Counted from the stretch's first letter, positions 55,216-64,000 are shown. The stretch: 64,000 nucleotides of DNA from Pseudomonadota bacterium (GCA_022564115.1 JADFMB010000001.1:2195-66194); one strand, 5' to 3'. The notes: generated by a model not told the origin, from the letters alone. Made by a program: numbers and translations.

Positions 55216-55395
55216 AATGTCCGCTACTAGCTGAGGCTGTTGAAGAACTATTTTCGGGGGTCCTTAGCGCAACGATGATTCAAGGAATGCCCGTTTTCCG
55301 TAATGAAGCTTGGTGTTTTCGCGCTTGTTGATTCTTTTATTTCGCCATCGATGCTCTCAACAGAGTTGTTCAACACCCTCAGCCAGAAGCGGAAG
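55216..55395. mobile_element. MITE-like element copy 2 (more degenerate right end)
   Basis: Left end AATGTCCGCTACTAGCTGAGGCTGTTGAAGAACTATTTTCGG; right end AGTTGTTCAACACCCTCAGCCAGAAGCGGAAG. Confidence 0.6.
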
Positions 55396-55535
55396 AAATA
55401 AAGCATTGGAAAACTGGAAAGAAAAATGGCTCCTCCGAAGGTAAAGTTTAGATATCATATTCACGAGTTGGGGTTATCTGGAGAATCAATGCTGAATAGC
55501 CTTGATAACGCTGCCTACAATGGGTTCTGTTCCTA

Positions 55536-56504
55536 ATGGCGAATATGCTGCGGACATTGGTCGAGGCAATGGGCCTAGAAGGAGCCGAGATATGTCTTCA
55601 CGGCGATCCAAACGTTAATCCGAACGAAAACCCGCTTTTCTTCTATCACGTGCACAAAACGGGCGGCATTTCCGTAATTAGTTGTCTGCTCATGGGATTT
55701 TGGGCAAACGAGGCGTTACGAAATCCCGACCGCACAATTGATGAATTGTATCGGGATGCGACGAGCCATATCGGCCGTTGGGATACCCGCAGCGTGAACG
55801 ATGCGCCCCATCCACCCGATGACAGGCCCGATGGTTATTCTTTTGTTTCGTCGCACCATAAATTTGGCCACCACGAGTTGTTTAAACAGAATTTCCGCTT
55901 GTTCACGATGCTCCGCGATCCGGTGGAGCGGGTGATTTCAGATTACCATTACCGGGTCTGGCGAAAACACGAAGGATATGAATCCCTTAGCGAGGAAGGG
56001 TTCGTCTCATACATTCGCGATCCGGACAACGTCTGCATGCATAGTCAACATCTGTCACGATTGAACCTTCGGAAGGACGGGATCGAAAGGATGGGTGAGG
56101 ATGCCATGAGCAATCTTCAGGCGCTGGACGGCTACGGCACTACCGATCAATGGGAAGATTTCGTTCAAAGTGTTTGGAACAACTGGGACTTTCCAAATTA
56201 CATAGGTTCGAGATGGTTGAAGACGCCCCGTCGGGAATGTCTAAACACGGATCCATTCACCGAGGAGTTGATTGAACTCAACAAATATGACATCGCGTTG
56301 TACGAATATGCCAAACAAAACCCTAGGCCGCTAGCAGCCGTTTCCAATGGAACCAATTTCCGTCACCACTCGATTATCGTCTACGATAAGGATGAAGATG
56401 CAGGGACCTTCGACGACGCTCAGATCATCAAGACGACGGATTTTCTGAACAGGGTCAAGCAGGGCGAGAAAAAGCTCTCGGACTTCGCGGCTCCGGCAGC
56501 ATAG
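55536..56504 (+). CDS. Sulfotransferase family protein (PAPS-dependent, Sulfotransfer_2-like motifs)
   Basis: 5'-PSB-like motif FFYHVHKTGGIS and 3'-PB-like motif TMLRDPVERVISDY. The gene is AT-richer than its neighbours: three 60-nt lines I counted gave 40-52 percent G+C, versus 58-75 percent in two lines from neighbouring genes. Confidence 0.7.
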   Translation: MANMLRTLVEAMGLEGAEICLHGDPNVNPNENPLFFYHVHKTGGISVISCLLMGFWANEALRNPDRTIDELYRDATSHIGRWDTRSVNDAPHPPDDRPDGYSFVSSHHKFGHHELFKQNFRLFTMLRDPVERVISDYHYRVWRKHEGYESLSEEGFVSYIRDPDNVCMHSQHLSRLNLRKDGIERMGEDAMSNLQALDGYGTTDQWEDFVQSVWNNWDFPNYIGSRWLKTPRRECLNTDPFTEELIELNKYDIALYEYAKQNPRPLAAVSNGTNFRHHSIIVYDKDEDAGTFDDAQIIKTTDFLNRVKQGEKKLSDFAAPAA

Positions 56505-56588
56505 TCTGGTATTACCTTTTCCTGTAGGTGTGCGGTTGCGTCAAACGCTGGTTTTTTTAAACCCGCTGTCGAATTCCAATATTCGCCG

Positions 56589-56770
56589 AATGTCCGCTTT
56601 GGGTCGAGGCTGTTGAAAAACTATTTTCGGGCCATTTGCACGCAAGATCGAAACAAGATCGGACGGTTTTAAGCAAGAATGAGTCATAAAGGCCGCACCC
56701 ACGATTCTTTTGTTGCGCCAAGCCGATCACCAGCGGAGTTTTTCAACAGCCTCAGCCATAAGCGGACATT
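56589..56770. mobile_element. MITE-like element copy 3
   Basis: Left end AATGTCCGCTTTGGGTCGAGGCTGTTGAAAAACTATTTTCGG; right end AGTTTTTCAACAGCCTCAGCCATAAGCGGACATT, a near-perfect inverted repeat. Confidence 0.75.
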
Positions 56771-57042
56771 GAAGCAAGGGTTAGAAATCCGAAATTATCT
56801 AAAAAACCGGGCGAGGGAAGTTCTTTTCCGTACCCCCGCTAATCCCCCCGTCCCAATCAGATTAATAAATAAGCTCGCCCTCCTCATCGCCGCTGGAGAT
56901 GACGATCTCGCCGGCGGCGGCCAGGTCCTTGGCGGTGGTGACGACGCCGGGAGAGGCGCAACGGAATGTTCGGAACTCCCCCTTTGACCCAACATGGTAT
57001 CCTGACGGACCGGCGAAGCCCGGGTTCGGGAAAGACAGGACC

Positions 57043-59142
57043 ATGGACGCGAAGAAAAGACAAAAGCTGCGGACGCGGAACCTACAGGCGATCGGCAATA
57101 TCCTGCCGCCCCTGGCCGACGCCCTGAAACGCCACAACCCCTTATCGAAGCTGGTTTTCGACGATGATGCCGAGGACGGCGGGGGCGACGTGACCGTCAA
57201 CGGCGTCCCGGTCTATGGCGGCCGGGCGCGGGATTTCGCCGCCGAAAAAGTGGAAAAGTTCCACCGCGGGGGGCTCCGAATCGTGATGCCGAAGCCGGAG
57301 CCGGGCATGTTCGACGAGCACACCAACGGCTTCCTGCAGGCCCTTGACCAGCGCACGGCCGAGGAAGGAATCCGGTTCAGGGACACCCCCGAAGGCCCGG
57401 ACGCCTATTACCTGATCGTGTTTGGTATCGGCTTGGGTTACCACCTGGAGGCGCTGGCCCGGGAAGGCGCCCCCGAATTCATCGTCCTGGTTGACCAGAG
57501 CCTGGATTTCCTGTGCCATTCCCTCGAAGTCTTTGACTGGGGGCAATTCATCGATTCCATGCTTTCGCGAAACCGCCGGATCGCCTTCGCCATCGACCCC
57601 AATCCACAGACGCTTTCGATAATGATCGCCAACATCGTCGAAAACTGGAACCCGCCATCGGTGGACGGAACCCGGGTATTCATGCTCGATGACTGGCCGG
57701 TTGAATCCCAGGTAATGCAGGCGCTGGACGTTGAAATGGGCAAGGTGCTGTCGTTCATGGGCTTTTTCAACGACGAAATCATCATGCTTCGCAATACCTA
57801 TAACGCGCTCGGTTCGGGCCAGGCGAAGGTCTATCGGCGGCCCAACAACCCAAAGGTCGACGTGCCGGTGTTCCTGGTCGCCTCGGGCCCGTCGCTCGAC
57901 GAAAACATCCCCTTTATCCGGGAAAACCAGGACAAGGCGGTGATTATCTCCAACGGGACGGCGTTGCGGTCCTTGTTGATCAACGGCATCACGCCCGATA
58001 TCCAGATCGAGACCGAAAACGTCCTCGTCTATCCCCTGGTCGCCCTGGTCGGGGAAAAGTTCGACTTGTCGTCCATCTGCCTGATCGCCTCGACGACGGT
58101 GGATTCTCATATCCTGGACTTCTTCGGCGACGTCATTTTCTTCTTCCGCTCGGCGCTCAGCCCCTATCCGCTGTTCTGCGAATCGGAAAGGAACTGCCTT
58201 CTCAACCCCGACCCGACGGTGGTCAACGCCGGGTTGTCGTTCGCCCAGGAAACGGGTTTCCAGGACATATATTTCTTCGGCGTCGACTTGGGGACCCGCG
58301 GCCAAGGCCGGCACCATTCCAAGGACAGCTACCATTACACCGAAAACCCCATCGTCGTGCCCGAGGACCTGATATTCAACATTCCGGTGCCGGGAAATTT
58401 CGGCGGCCCGTTCTTTTCGTCCATGGGCTTCGCCTTCACCCTGACCAATCTGGTCGCCGCCATCGGCGCCTCGGGCCCGGGGATCAGGCATTTCAATTGC
58501 TCGGACGGGGCGCTGATCGAGGGGGCGCAACCCGAAAAAGTCTCTTCGCTTTCGTTCGCCGACATCCCCGGCGGCAAGAAACAGGCCGTCGAGAAGATCA
58601 TCGGGGGGTTTCCGACATATCCGAAAGCGAGGTTCGAAAAGGCCTGGAACGAAGACAGGCTTTTCGCCGCCGTCAACGGGTTCGCCGACCGGCTGATCGG
58701 CGCCTTCGAAGGCCTGGAGTCCTTCGAGGACAAGTCGGCGCTGGTTCGCGCCACTGACTTCTTCAGGCCCCTGGTCGACAAAACGTCGCTTTTGCAAAAG
58801 CGTTTCGACCATACGGCCTTGCAAATTTTCCGCGGCACCTGTCTGTTGATGATGGGAACGGTGGAATATTTCGCCAACCGCCTGTCCGCTCCCGAACACC
58901 ACCGGGCTTTTGCCAAAATCGTCGGCGAGGAAATCATCGTTGTCGCCGAAAATCTGAGAAAAAAGGCGGTCGAGATTTTGAGCGACCCGACGGTGGTCCC
59001 GGCGATCACCAACGAAGGCGCCATCGAGCCCGAGGGCGTGATTCCCGAGGTTTCCGCCAGTTGGGGAAGCGTCCCGCGCAACGCCCCGTGTCCTTGCGGG
59101 TCGGGAAAAAGGTACAAGCAATGCCACGGAAGCATGACGTAA
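57043..59142 (+). CDS. Motility accessory factor (Maf, DUF115) family protein 3 with C-terminal SEC-C motif
   Basis: [52 protein letters not shown]. The C-terminus reads [15 protein letters not shown]. Start at ATG 57043 within a longer ORF-track frame. Confidence 0.75.
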   Translation: MDAKKRQKLRTRNLQAIGNILPPLADALKRHNPLSKLVFDDDAEDGGGDVTVNGVPVYGGRARDFAAEKVEKFHRGGLRIVMPKPEPGMFDEHTNGFLQALDQRTAEEGIRFRDTPEGPDAYYLIVFGIGLGYHLEALAREGAPEFIVLVDQSLDFLCHSLEVFDWGQFIDSMLSRNRRIAFAIDPNPQTLSIMIANIVENWNPPSVDGTRVFMLDDWPVESQVMQALDVEMGKVLSFMGFFNDEIIMLRNTYNALGSGQAKVYRRPNNPKVDVPVFLVASGPSLDENIPFIRENQDKAVIISNGTALRSLLINGITPDIQIETENVLVYPLVALVGEKFDLSSICLIASTTVDSHILDFFGDVIFFFRSALSPYPLFCESERNCLLNPDPTVVNAGLSFAQETGFQDIYFFGVDLGTRGQGRHHSKDSYHYTENPIVVPEDLIFNIPVPGNFGGPFFSSMGFAFTLTNLVAAIGASGPGIRHFNCSDGALIEGAQPEKVSSLSFADIPGGKKQAVEKIIGGFPTYPKARFEKAWNEDRLFAAVNGFADRLIGAFEGLESFEDKSALVRATDFFRPLVDKTSLLQKRFDHTALQIFRGTCLLMMGTVEYFANRLSAPEHHRAFAKIVGEEIIVVAENLRKKAVEILSDPTVVPAITNEGAIEPEGVIPEVSASWGSVPRNAPCPCGSGKRYKQCHGSMT

Positions 59143-59146
59143 GAGC

Positions 59147-60730
59147 ATGACGGACAAGGAAGAAACGGGTCAAAACGGCGTTCCCGCCGATAACGTCTAC
59201 CAGGCGGCCCTTTTGCAGGCCGAAGGCAAGACCGAGGAGGCCGAGGCCGCCTTGCGAGAAATCCTGGACGGCCATCCCGATCAGCCCGATGCGCTGCATT
59301 TGCTGGCCATCCTGGAATTCAGGAAAGAACGTTCAAGGGTAGCCGCCGACCTGGTTTCGCGGGCCATCGCAATCAATGCGGACAATCCCGATTACCACGC
59401 CACCCTGGGCTCCATCCTCAAGGCCCAGAGCCAAATTACCGAGGCCGGGAACCATTTCGCCCGCGCCGCGGCATTGTCGCCCGAAAACGCCGACTATCAT
59501 TTCCATTGCGCCGAGATGCGGCGGCTGGACAGCAAAAACGCGCAAGCCGAGGAAAGTTACCGCAAGGCGCTGTCGCTTCGGCCCGATTTTCCGCTGGCCG
59601 GCAACGGCCTCGGCATCGTCCTCGACGAACAGGGAAAAAACGAGGAAGCCGAGGCATGCTTCCGCGAAGCCCTGAAAACCATGGGCGAAAACCCTGATCT
59701 CCTCTACAACCTGGGCAACGTTCTCAAGGACCAGCACCGGCCCGACGAGGCCTTGACCGCCTACCGCCGGGCCCTCGAAATCCGGCCTGATTTCCCCGAA
59801 GCCCATGTGCAGATTGCCTTTGCGCTGCTGCTGAAGGGCGATTTCACCGCCGCCTGGGAGGAATACGAATGGCGGTGGCGGATGCCGACATTCACCAGCA
59901 ATGTTCGGAACTTCGATCAGCCGGTTTGGGACGGCGCCGCCCTCGACGGCCGGACCATCCTGCTCCACGCCGAACAGGGGTTCGGCGATACCCTGCAATT
60001 CGCCCGCTACGCCAAGGCCGCGGCGGATAGGGGCGGGCGGGTGATTTTCGAGTGCCCGCCGCCCTTGGCGCGGCTGATGAAAACCGCCGCCGGCGTCGAT
60101 GAGGTCATCGCCAGCGGCCAGCCCTTGCCACCGTTCGATTGCCATGCGGCTCTTCTCAGCCTGCCCGGGATCGTGGGAACGACGCTCGAAACCGTGCCGG
60201 CGGACGTCCCTTACCTGTCGGCGGAACCGGACCTTGTTTCGGCCTGGGCGGAGCGCCTCAAGGACGCGCCGGGGCTGAAGATCGGCATCGCCTGGTGCGG
60301 AACGGCAGAAAAAAGGGGCAATCCGTCCCGCGCCTGCCCGCTGAGCGCCTTCGAACCGCTTTCGCGGCAACCGGACATAAGCCTTTTCAGCCTGCAAAAG
60401 GACCCGCCGGAAGAAGACCTTCCCCTGCCCGACGGTCTCACCGACCTTTCCGGCGATTTGAATGATTTCGCCGATACCGCCGCCGTCATCCAAGCCCTCG
60501 ACCTGATCGTCAGCATCGACACCGCCGTCGCCCATCTGGCCGGCGCCCTGGCCTGCCCGGCGTGGGTGATGCTGTCGACGGCGGGGGATTGGCGATGGTT
60601 GATGGAGCGCGGCGACAGCCCCTGGTATCCGACCCTGAGGCTTTTCCGCCAGACCCGGGCCCGCCAATGGGACGACATTCTCGAGGCCGTCTCGGCCGAA
60701 GCCGCCGCTCTTATAGCGTCTCAGGGTTGA
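59147..60730 (+). CDS. TPR-repeat protein with glycosyltransferase family 9-like C-terminal domain (paralog of 31182-32723)
   Basis: TPRs are followed by ILLHAEQGFGDTLQFARYAKAA ... DFADTAAVIQALDLIVSIDTAVAHLAGALACPAWVML...PWYPTLRLFRQ. Confidence 0.7.
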   Translation: MTDKEETGQNGVPADNVYQAALLQAEGKTEEAEAALREILDGHPDQPDALHLLAILEFRKERSRVAADLVSRAIAINADNPDYHATLGSILKAQSQITEAGNHFARAAALSPENADYHFHCAEMRRLDSKNAQAEESYRKALSLRPDFPLAGNGLGIVLDEQGKNEEAEACFREALKTMGENPDLLYNLGNVLKDQHRPDEALTAYRRALEIRPDFPEAHVQIAFALLLKGDFTAAWEEYEWRWRMPTFTSNVRNFDQPVWDGAALDGRTILLHAEQGFGDTLQFARYAKAAADRGGRVIFECPPPLARLMKTAAGVDEVIASGQPLPPFDCHAALLSLPGIVGTTLETVPADVPYLSAEPDLVSAWAERLKDAPGLKIGIAWCGTAEKRGNPSRACPLSAFEPLSRQPDISLFSLQKDPPEEDLPLPDGLTDLSGDLNDFADTAAVIQALDLIVSIDTAVAHLAGALACPAWVMLSTAGDWRWLMERGDSPWYPTLRLFRQTRARQWDDILEAVSAEAAALIASQG

Positions 60731-60790
60731 TCGCGATCACACGATCAACCCTGCGTCCAGGCGCCCGTTCATGCGCCACGGGGTCTGACG

Positions 60791-60824
60791 CCCGCCGCGC
60801 GGCGGGTTGCGGCATGCGCCGCAA
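60791..60824 (+). terminator. Two consecutive GC-rich hairpins downstream of the TPR-GT9 gene (terminator candidate)
   Basis: CCCGCC-GCGC-GGCGGG at 60791-60806 and TTGCGGC-ATGC-GCCGCAA at 60807-60824. No clear U-tract follows. Confidence 0.35.
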
Positions 60825-61018
60825 CCAGAGCGCACCAAGTTCGAACGATTGGCATCAAACTTGACGCGCCCTAGATCCTGAAAAGCCCGAAGTCAGCAAA
60901 AAATTCCCCCCTAGGATGGTCAAAAATTGCCGAGTGGCACCCCTTTTTGCCCCCGGAAGCCCGTCTTTTTGAAATCTTTTTCCTGAAAATTCAATGACTT
61001 GTAAATTTTGACCAAAGT

Positions 61019-61034
61019 TGGCCCGGCCCTTGCT
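61019..61034 (+). promoter_or_regulatory. Sigma-54 type promoter upstream of fliK-flgD-flgE
   Basis: TGGCCCGGCCCTTGCT has canonical GG/GC spacing and ends 60 nt upstream of ATG 61094. Confidence 0.5.
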
Positions 61035-61093
61035 GGTAAAAGGCGGACCCAAGTGCATATGGAGAAACCATTGCTTTCGGAGAATTTGCCGCC

Positions 61094-62983
61094 ATGGATG
61101 ACCTGCTAATCAAAACCAATACAGTTAAAGACGGCGCCACCTCGGGCCCCAAAGGCCAGAACGGCGCCACCGCGCTGGCCAGTTTGGCCGGCTCTTTCCA
61201 GAACCTGCTGCACCGGGCCGGCGTCCGTATCGAAGACGGTTTCTCGGTCCTTGCCGCCCGCACCGGTCTCGGCGCCTTCGCCGAACGGGCCGATCGGGTT
61301 CAACCCGCCGACGACTACGGCCGTCAGCAGTCCGACGACGCCCGCGACCGTTTCGACGACCGCGGCGGCAGCGACAATCGCGCCGACAATTCGTCCGACA
61401 CCCATCGCACCGAGAGGGACAACGATTACGGCCGCGAGCGCGGCAGCGAGCACAGAGACGACCGTAGCGACGTCCGCGACGCCGACCATGACGAAAGCCG
61501 CGCCAACGACCATGCCGGCGACCAGGGCGACGATAGCGCCGCCCAGGACGATGCGCCCACGAACGACGACCAGGGCGGCGACCAGCAGGCGTCCTCGGAC
61601 GACGGGGACAGCGGCAAGACTTCCGAGTCGGACGGCGAAACCAAGACCGCCGGCGACGAAACCGAAACCCAGGACGGCGGCGTTCAATCCGCCGGCACCG
61701 ACGGAGCCGTCGCCCAGGTCGGCGTTGTTTCCACCGAAACCACGGACAAGGTGCTGAACGGCCTTTTGGCCGGCGGCGAAGCGTTGAGCGAAGAAGGCGC
61801 CGCCTCCGAGCAGGGTAAGGTCAGCAGCGCCGGTGGCCAGGCGACGGCGTTGGAAGCCATTGCCGCCGCGTCCGGAAACGTTTCCGAGGCTAAGTCCGAA
61901 AACCAGTCCCAGACGGCGGTTGAAAACACGTCCAAGGTGACGCCCGTTTCCACCGGCAAGTCGGACGGCCCCCAGGACAACCATCAATCCCAAGGCGCCG
62001 CCAATGCCAGCGACCAGGCCAAGACCGCCGCCAACGAACAGTCCGCGATCTTTGGCGATGCTGAGTCCGGCGCCGCCCAGACCACGGTCGAAACACAGGC
62101 TTCGGGCCTTGCCAAGGCCATCGGCGGCGACAACCGGACCCAGGTCACCGTGACCGTGACCAACGAAGCCCAGAACCTGACGTCGAGGCCGAGCGCCACG
62201 TTAACCACCAACGCCGTGATCAGCGGCGAAGGCTCCAGCCAGTCGTCCAACAGCCAGAGCGCCGGCACCCACACCCAGAGCGGCGGCAGCCAGAACCAGG
62301 CCCAACAGGCCCAGGCCGCCGCCACCCAGACCCAGGCAGCCCAGAACCAAAGCGCCCAGGCGGCGGCGGGCACCGGCGCCAAGGGCCTGGTGCAGGCGCA
62401 AGCGATGTCCGGCAACGCCGGCGGCACGGCCCATTCGGGCGGCGGCGAGGGTGCCGCGCTGACGGGCACCGGGAGCGTTTCCGGCAGCCAGCAGACCCAG
62501 GGCCAGAACGCCGTCAACCAATCATCCGCCAACACCCAGAACACGGCCCGCACCGGACGTTCCATGGTCGAGCAGGTTACGGTCAAGATCACCAAGGCGA
62601 TCCAGGCCGGCAACGACAAGATCACCATTCAGCTTCGTCCGGCGAACATGGGCCGCGTCGAGGTGACGATGAATATCTCCCAGGACAACCGGCTGAACGT
62701 CCTGGTCATCGTCGACCGGCCGGAAACCCTGGATCAGCTTCAGAAAGATTCCCGCGAGCTTCAGCGCGCCCTTCAGGAAGCCGGTCTGCATGTGGATACC
62801 GGAGACCTCAACTTCAACCTGCGGGGCGAGGAAAACCATGCCAAGGAAGGCGACAATTCTTCCGGCCGCGCGGCCAGCGTCGAAGACGACGTGGTCCTTT
62901 TGGACGAAGAGATCATCGAACAGGCCGTGATCTCGTCCGACGGGCGGGTCCTTTCCAAGGGCCGCATCGACGTAAGGGCTTAA
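61094..62983 (+). CDS. fliK: Flagellar hook-length control protein FliK
   Basis: The C-terminal Flg_hook domain reads ITIQLRPANMGRVEVTMNISQDNRLNVLVIVDRPETLDQLQKDSRELQRALQEAGL. A long low-complexity acidic and Gln/Ala/Ser-rich region precedes it. The gene lies upstream of flgD. Confidence 0.85.
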   Translation: MDDLLIKTNTVKDGATSGPKGQNGATALASLAGSFQNLLHRAGVRIEDGFSVLAARTGLGAFAERADRVQPADDYGRQQSDDARDRFDDRGGSDNRADNSSDTHRTERDNDYGRERGSEHRDDRSDVRDADHDESRANDHAGDQGDDSAAQDDAPTNDDQGGDQQASSDDGDSGKTSESDGETKTAGDETETQDGGVQSAGTDGAVAQVGVVSTETTDKVLNGLLAGGEALSEEGAASEQGKVSSAGGQATALEAIAAASGNVSEAKSENQSQTAVENTSKVTPVSTGKSDGPQDNHQSQGAANASDQAKTAANEQSAIFGDAESGAAQTTVETQASGLAKAIGGDNRTQVTVTVTNEAQNLTSRPSATLTTNAVISGEGSSQSSNSQSAGTHTQSGGSQNQAQQAQAAATQTQAAQNQSAQAAAGTGAKGLVQAQAMSGNAGGTAHSGGGEGAALTGTGSVSGSQQTQGQNAVNQSSANTQNTARTGRSMVEQVTVKITKAIQAGNDKITIQLRPANMGRVEVTMNISQDNRLNVLVIVDRPETLDQLQKDSRELQRALQEAGLHVDTGDLNFNLRGEENHAKEGDNSSGRAASVEDDVVLLDEEIIEQAVISSDGRVLSKGRIDVRA

Positions 62984-63018
62984 TCGCGCTCGACAGGGAG
63001 CGACCAGGAGTAGAATAG

Positions 63019-63708
63019 ATGCTTATCGGCAATTCATTATCTTCCAGCAACCTCATCGAAGGTACAAAATCCTCGGAGTCCAGCGCCAAGCTCGAAGAGG
63101 AGCTCAACCGGTTCCTGAACCTGCTGGTGACCCAGTTGAAGAACCAGGACCCGCTCGATCCTCTGGACGCCAACGAATTCACCTCCCAGCTCGTGGCCTT
63201 CGCCGGTGTCGAACAGCAGATTTTCGCCAACGCCAACCTGGAAAAGCTGCTGAAACTGGAGCAAACCAACCAGATTTCGGCCCTGGTCGATTTCATCGGC
63301 ACGACGATCGAGGCCTCGGGCCGCACCGTGCCGCTACAGGGCAGTCAGGCGGAAATCGGCTACATCATGCCCTTCGGCGCCAATACCGCCACCATCACCA
63401 TTACCAACAGCGCCGGCCTGACGGTGTTCCAGGGCGACGCCGATACGTCTTCCGGCAAGCACCTCTTTGCCTGGGACGGCAAGAACAATTCCGGCGTCCT
63501 GCAGCCCGACGGCGCCTACAACGTGCTGGTCAGCGGCATCGAATTCTCGGGCAACCTGCTGGAGATCACCCATACGGTCTTCGGCCGGGTGACCGGCGCC
63601 GGTGTCGAGGACGGCCTAGCAAACCTGTTCCTGGGCGACGACATCACCATCGCCCAGGACAAGGTGATTGCCGTTAAGGAGACCAAGACCGCTTCGGCGG
63701 GACCATAA
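63019..63708 (+). CDS. flgD: Flagellar hook capping/assembly protein FlgD
   Basis: FLNLLVTQLKNQDPLDPLDANEFTSQLVAFAGVEQQ, with a C-terminal FlgD Ig-like region. Confidence 0.9.
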   Translation: MLIGNSLSSSNLIEGTKSSESSAKLEEELNRFLNLLVTQLKNQDPLDPLDANEFTSQLVAFAGVEQQIFANANLEKLLKLEQTNQISALVDFIGTTIEASGRTVPLQGSQAEIGYIMPFGANTATITITNSAGLTVFQGDADTSSGKHLFAWDGKNNSGVLQPDGAYNVLVSGIEFSGNLLEITHTVFGRVTGAGVEDGLANLFLGDDITIAQDKVIAVKETKTASAGP

Positions 63709-63808
63709 AAGTCAGGGAATTTTGAGCGGGCGGCGGTTCGCCGTCCTGGATCGAGATAACAAGCATTCAAGGCCGGACCGCCGGCCAGGAGAGCGAAGGA
63801 GAAAAAAA

Positions 63809-64000
63809 ATGACATTGTTTGGTGCATTGAGTTCGGGCGTTTCCGGCCTGACCGCGCAGTCGAGCGCCATCGGGGCGATCTCCGACAACATCACGAACGT
63901 GTCAACGGTCGGCTACAAGAACACCCAGGTCGATTTCCAGACCCTGGTGACCAAGCAGACCTCGGCCACGTTCTTCTCGGCCGGCGGCGTGCAGTCCAGG
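63809..64000 (+). CDS. flgE: Flagellar hook protein FlgE (5' part, runs off the right edge)
   Basis: MTLFGALSSGVSGLTAQSSAIGAISDNITNVSTVGYKNTQV. An AAGGAG RBS lies upstream, and the gene follows flgD. Confidence 0.85.
   Translation, partial: MTLFGALSSGVSGLTAQSSAIGAISDNITNVSTVGYKNTQVDFQTLVTKQTSATFFSAGGVQSR

Noticed and set aside
56679-56987. ORF-track CDS of 102 aa (MSHKGRTHDSFVAPSRSPAEFFNSLSHKRTLKQG...).
   Set aside because: It is a translation through the right arm of MITE copy 3 and adjacent non-coding DNA. It has no RBS and no coding-like composition.
60850-60865. TGGCATCAAACTTGAC, another -24-like element upstream of fliK.
   Set aside because: The -12 position reads GA instead of the near-invariant GC.
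60935-60951. Sigma-54-like sequence TGGCACCCCTTTTTGCC upstream of fliK.
   Set aside because: The GG-to-GC spacing is 13 nt rather than the canonical 12 nt. The correctly spaced element at 61019-61034 is preferred. It is kept only as an alternative.
61094-62983. The low-complexity acidic and Gln/Ala/Ser-rich FliK centre as a separate novel repeat protein.
   Set aside because: Long disordered, compositionally biased central regions are normal for FliK molecular rulers. The C-terminal Flg_hook domain and gene order make the assignment ordinary.

Overview
This is a GC-rich chromosome segment of alphaproteobacterial type. The assignment rests on the flaF/flbT regulators, sigma-54-type flagellar promoters and Maf/FlmG-type flagellin glycosylation genes.

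Positions 1-15.5 kb hold mixed housekeeping and accessory genes:
- a membrane-anchored response regulator
- a rhodanese
- a decayed CobB-like::SUMT fusion gene
- a TrpD-like protein
- a persulfide-dioxygenase-rhodanese fusion
- a bicupin
- an SDR/TetR pair
- an ArsR regulator
- an RND efflux pump with its TetR

REP-like palindromes are scattered through this part.

From 16.1 kb to the right edge the window is flagellar:
- The first operon carries a FlgE-like hook paralog, flgI, a rod-binding protein, an FlgN-like protein, flgK, an 862-aa repeat-bearing flgL and a flaF paralog.
- About 35 kb (25.7-60.7 kb) then forms a flagellin glycosylation island.
- fliK-flgD-flgE follows, with flgE running off the right edge.

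The island contains:
- the flagellin gene with flaF and flbT
- three Maf (DUF115) paralogs
- one FlmG-like TPR-GT41 protein
- two TPR-GT9 proteins
- a 17-gene sugar-nucleotide operon: a NeuB-type synthase; 3 cytidylyltransferases; 2 aminotransferases; 2 Gfo/Idh/MocA dehydrogenases; a HisH/HisF/PP-loop amidotransferase trio; a methyltransferase, formyltransferase, AsnB-like protein and GNAT; an SDR epimerase/dehydratase; and one unassigned protein
- an AT-richer sulfotransferase gene bracketed by three ~180-bp MITE-like elements

The most interesting signals are:
- the stacking of three transferase classes around one flagellin gene
- the MITE-flanked sulfotransferase
- Lys-rich tails on several island enzymes
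- a SEC-C motif on one Maf
- a shared ~70-aa repeat module in FlgL and the hook-like protein

All family calls come from reading motifs in the translations. No database search was possible.
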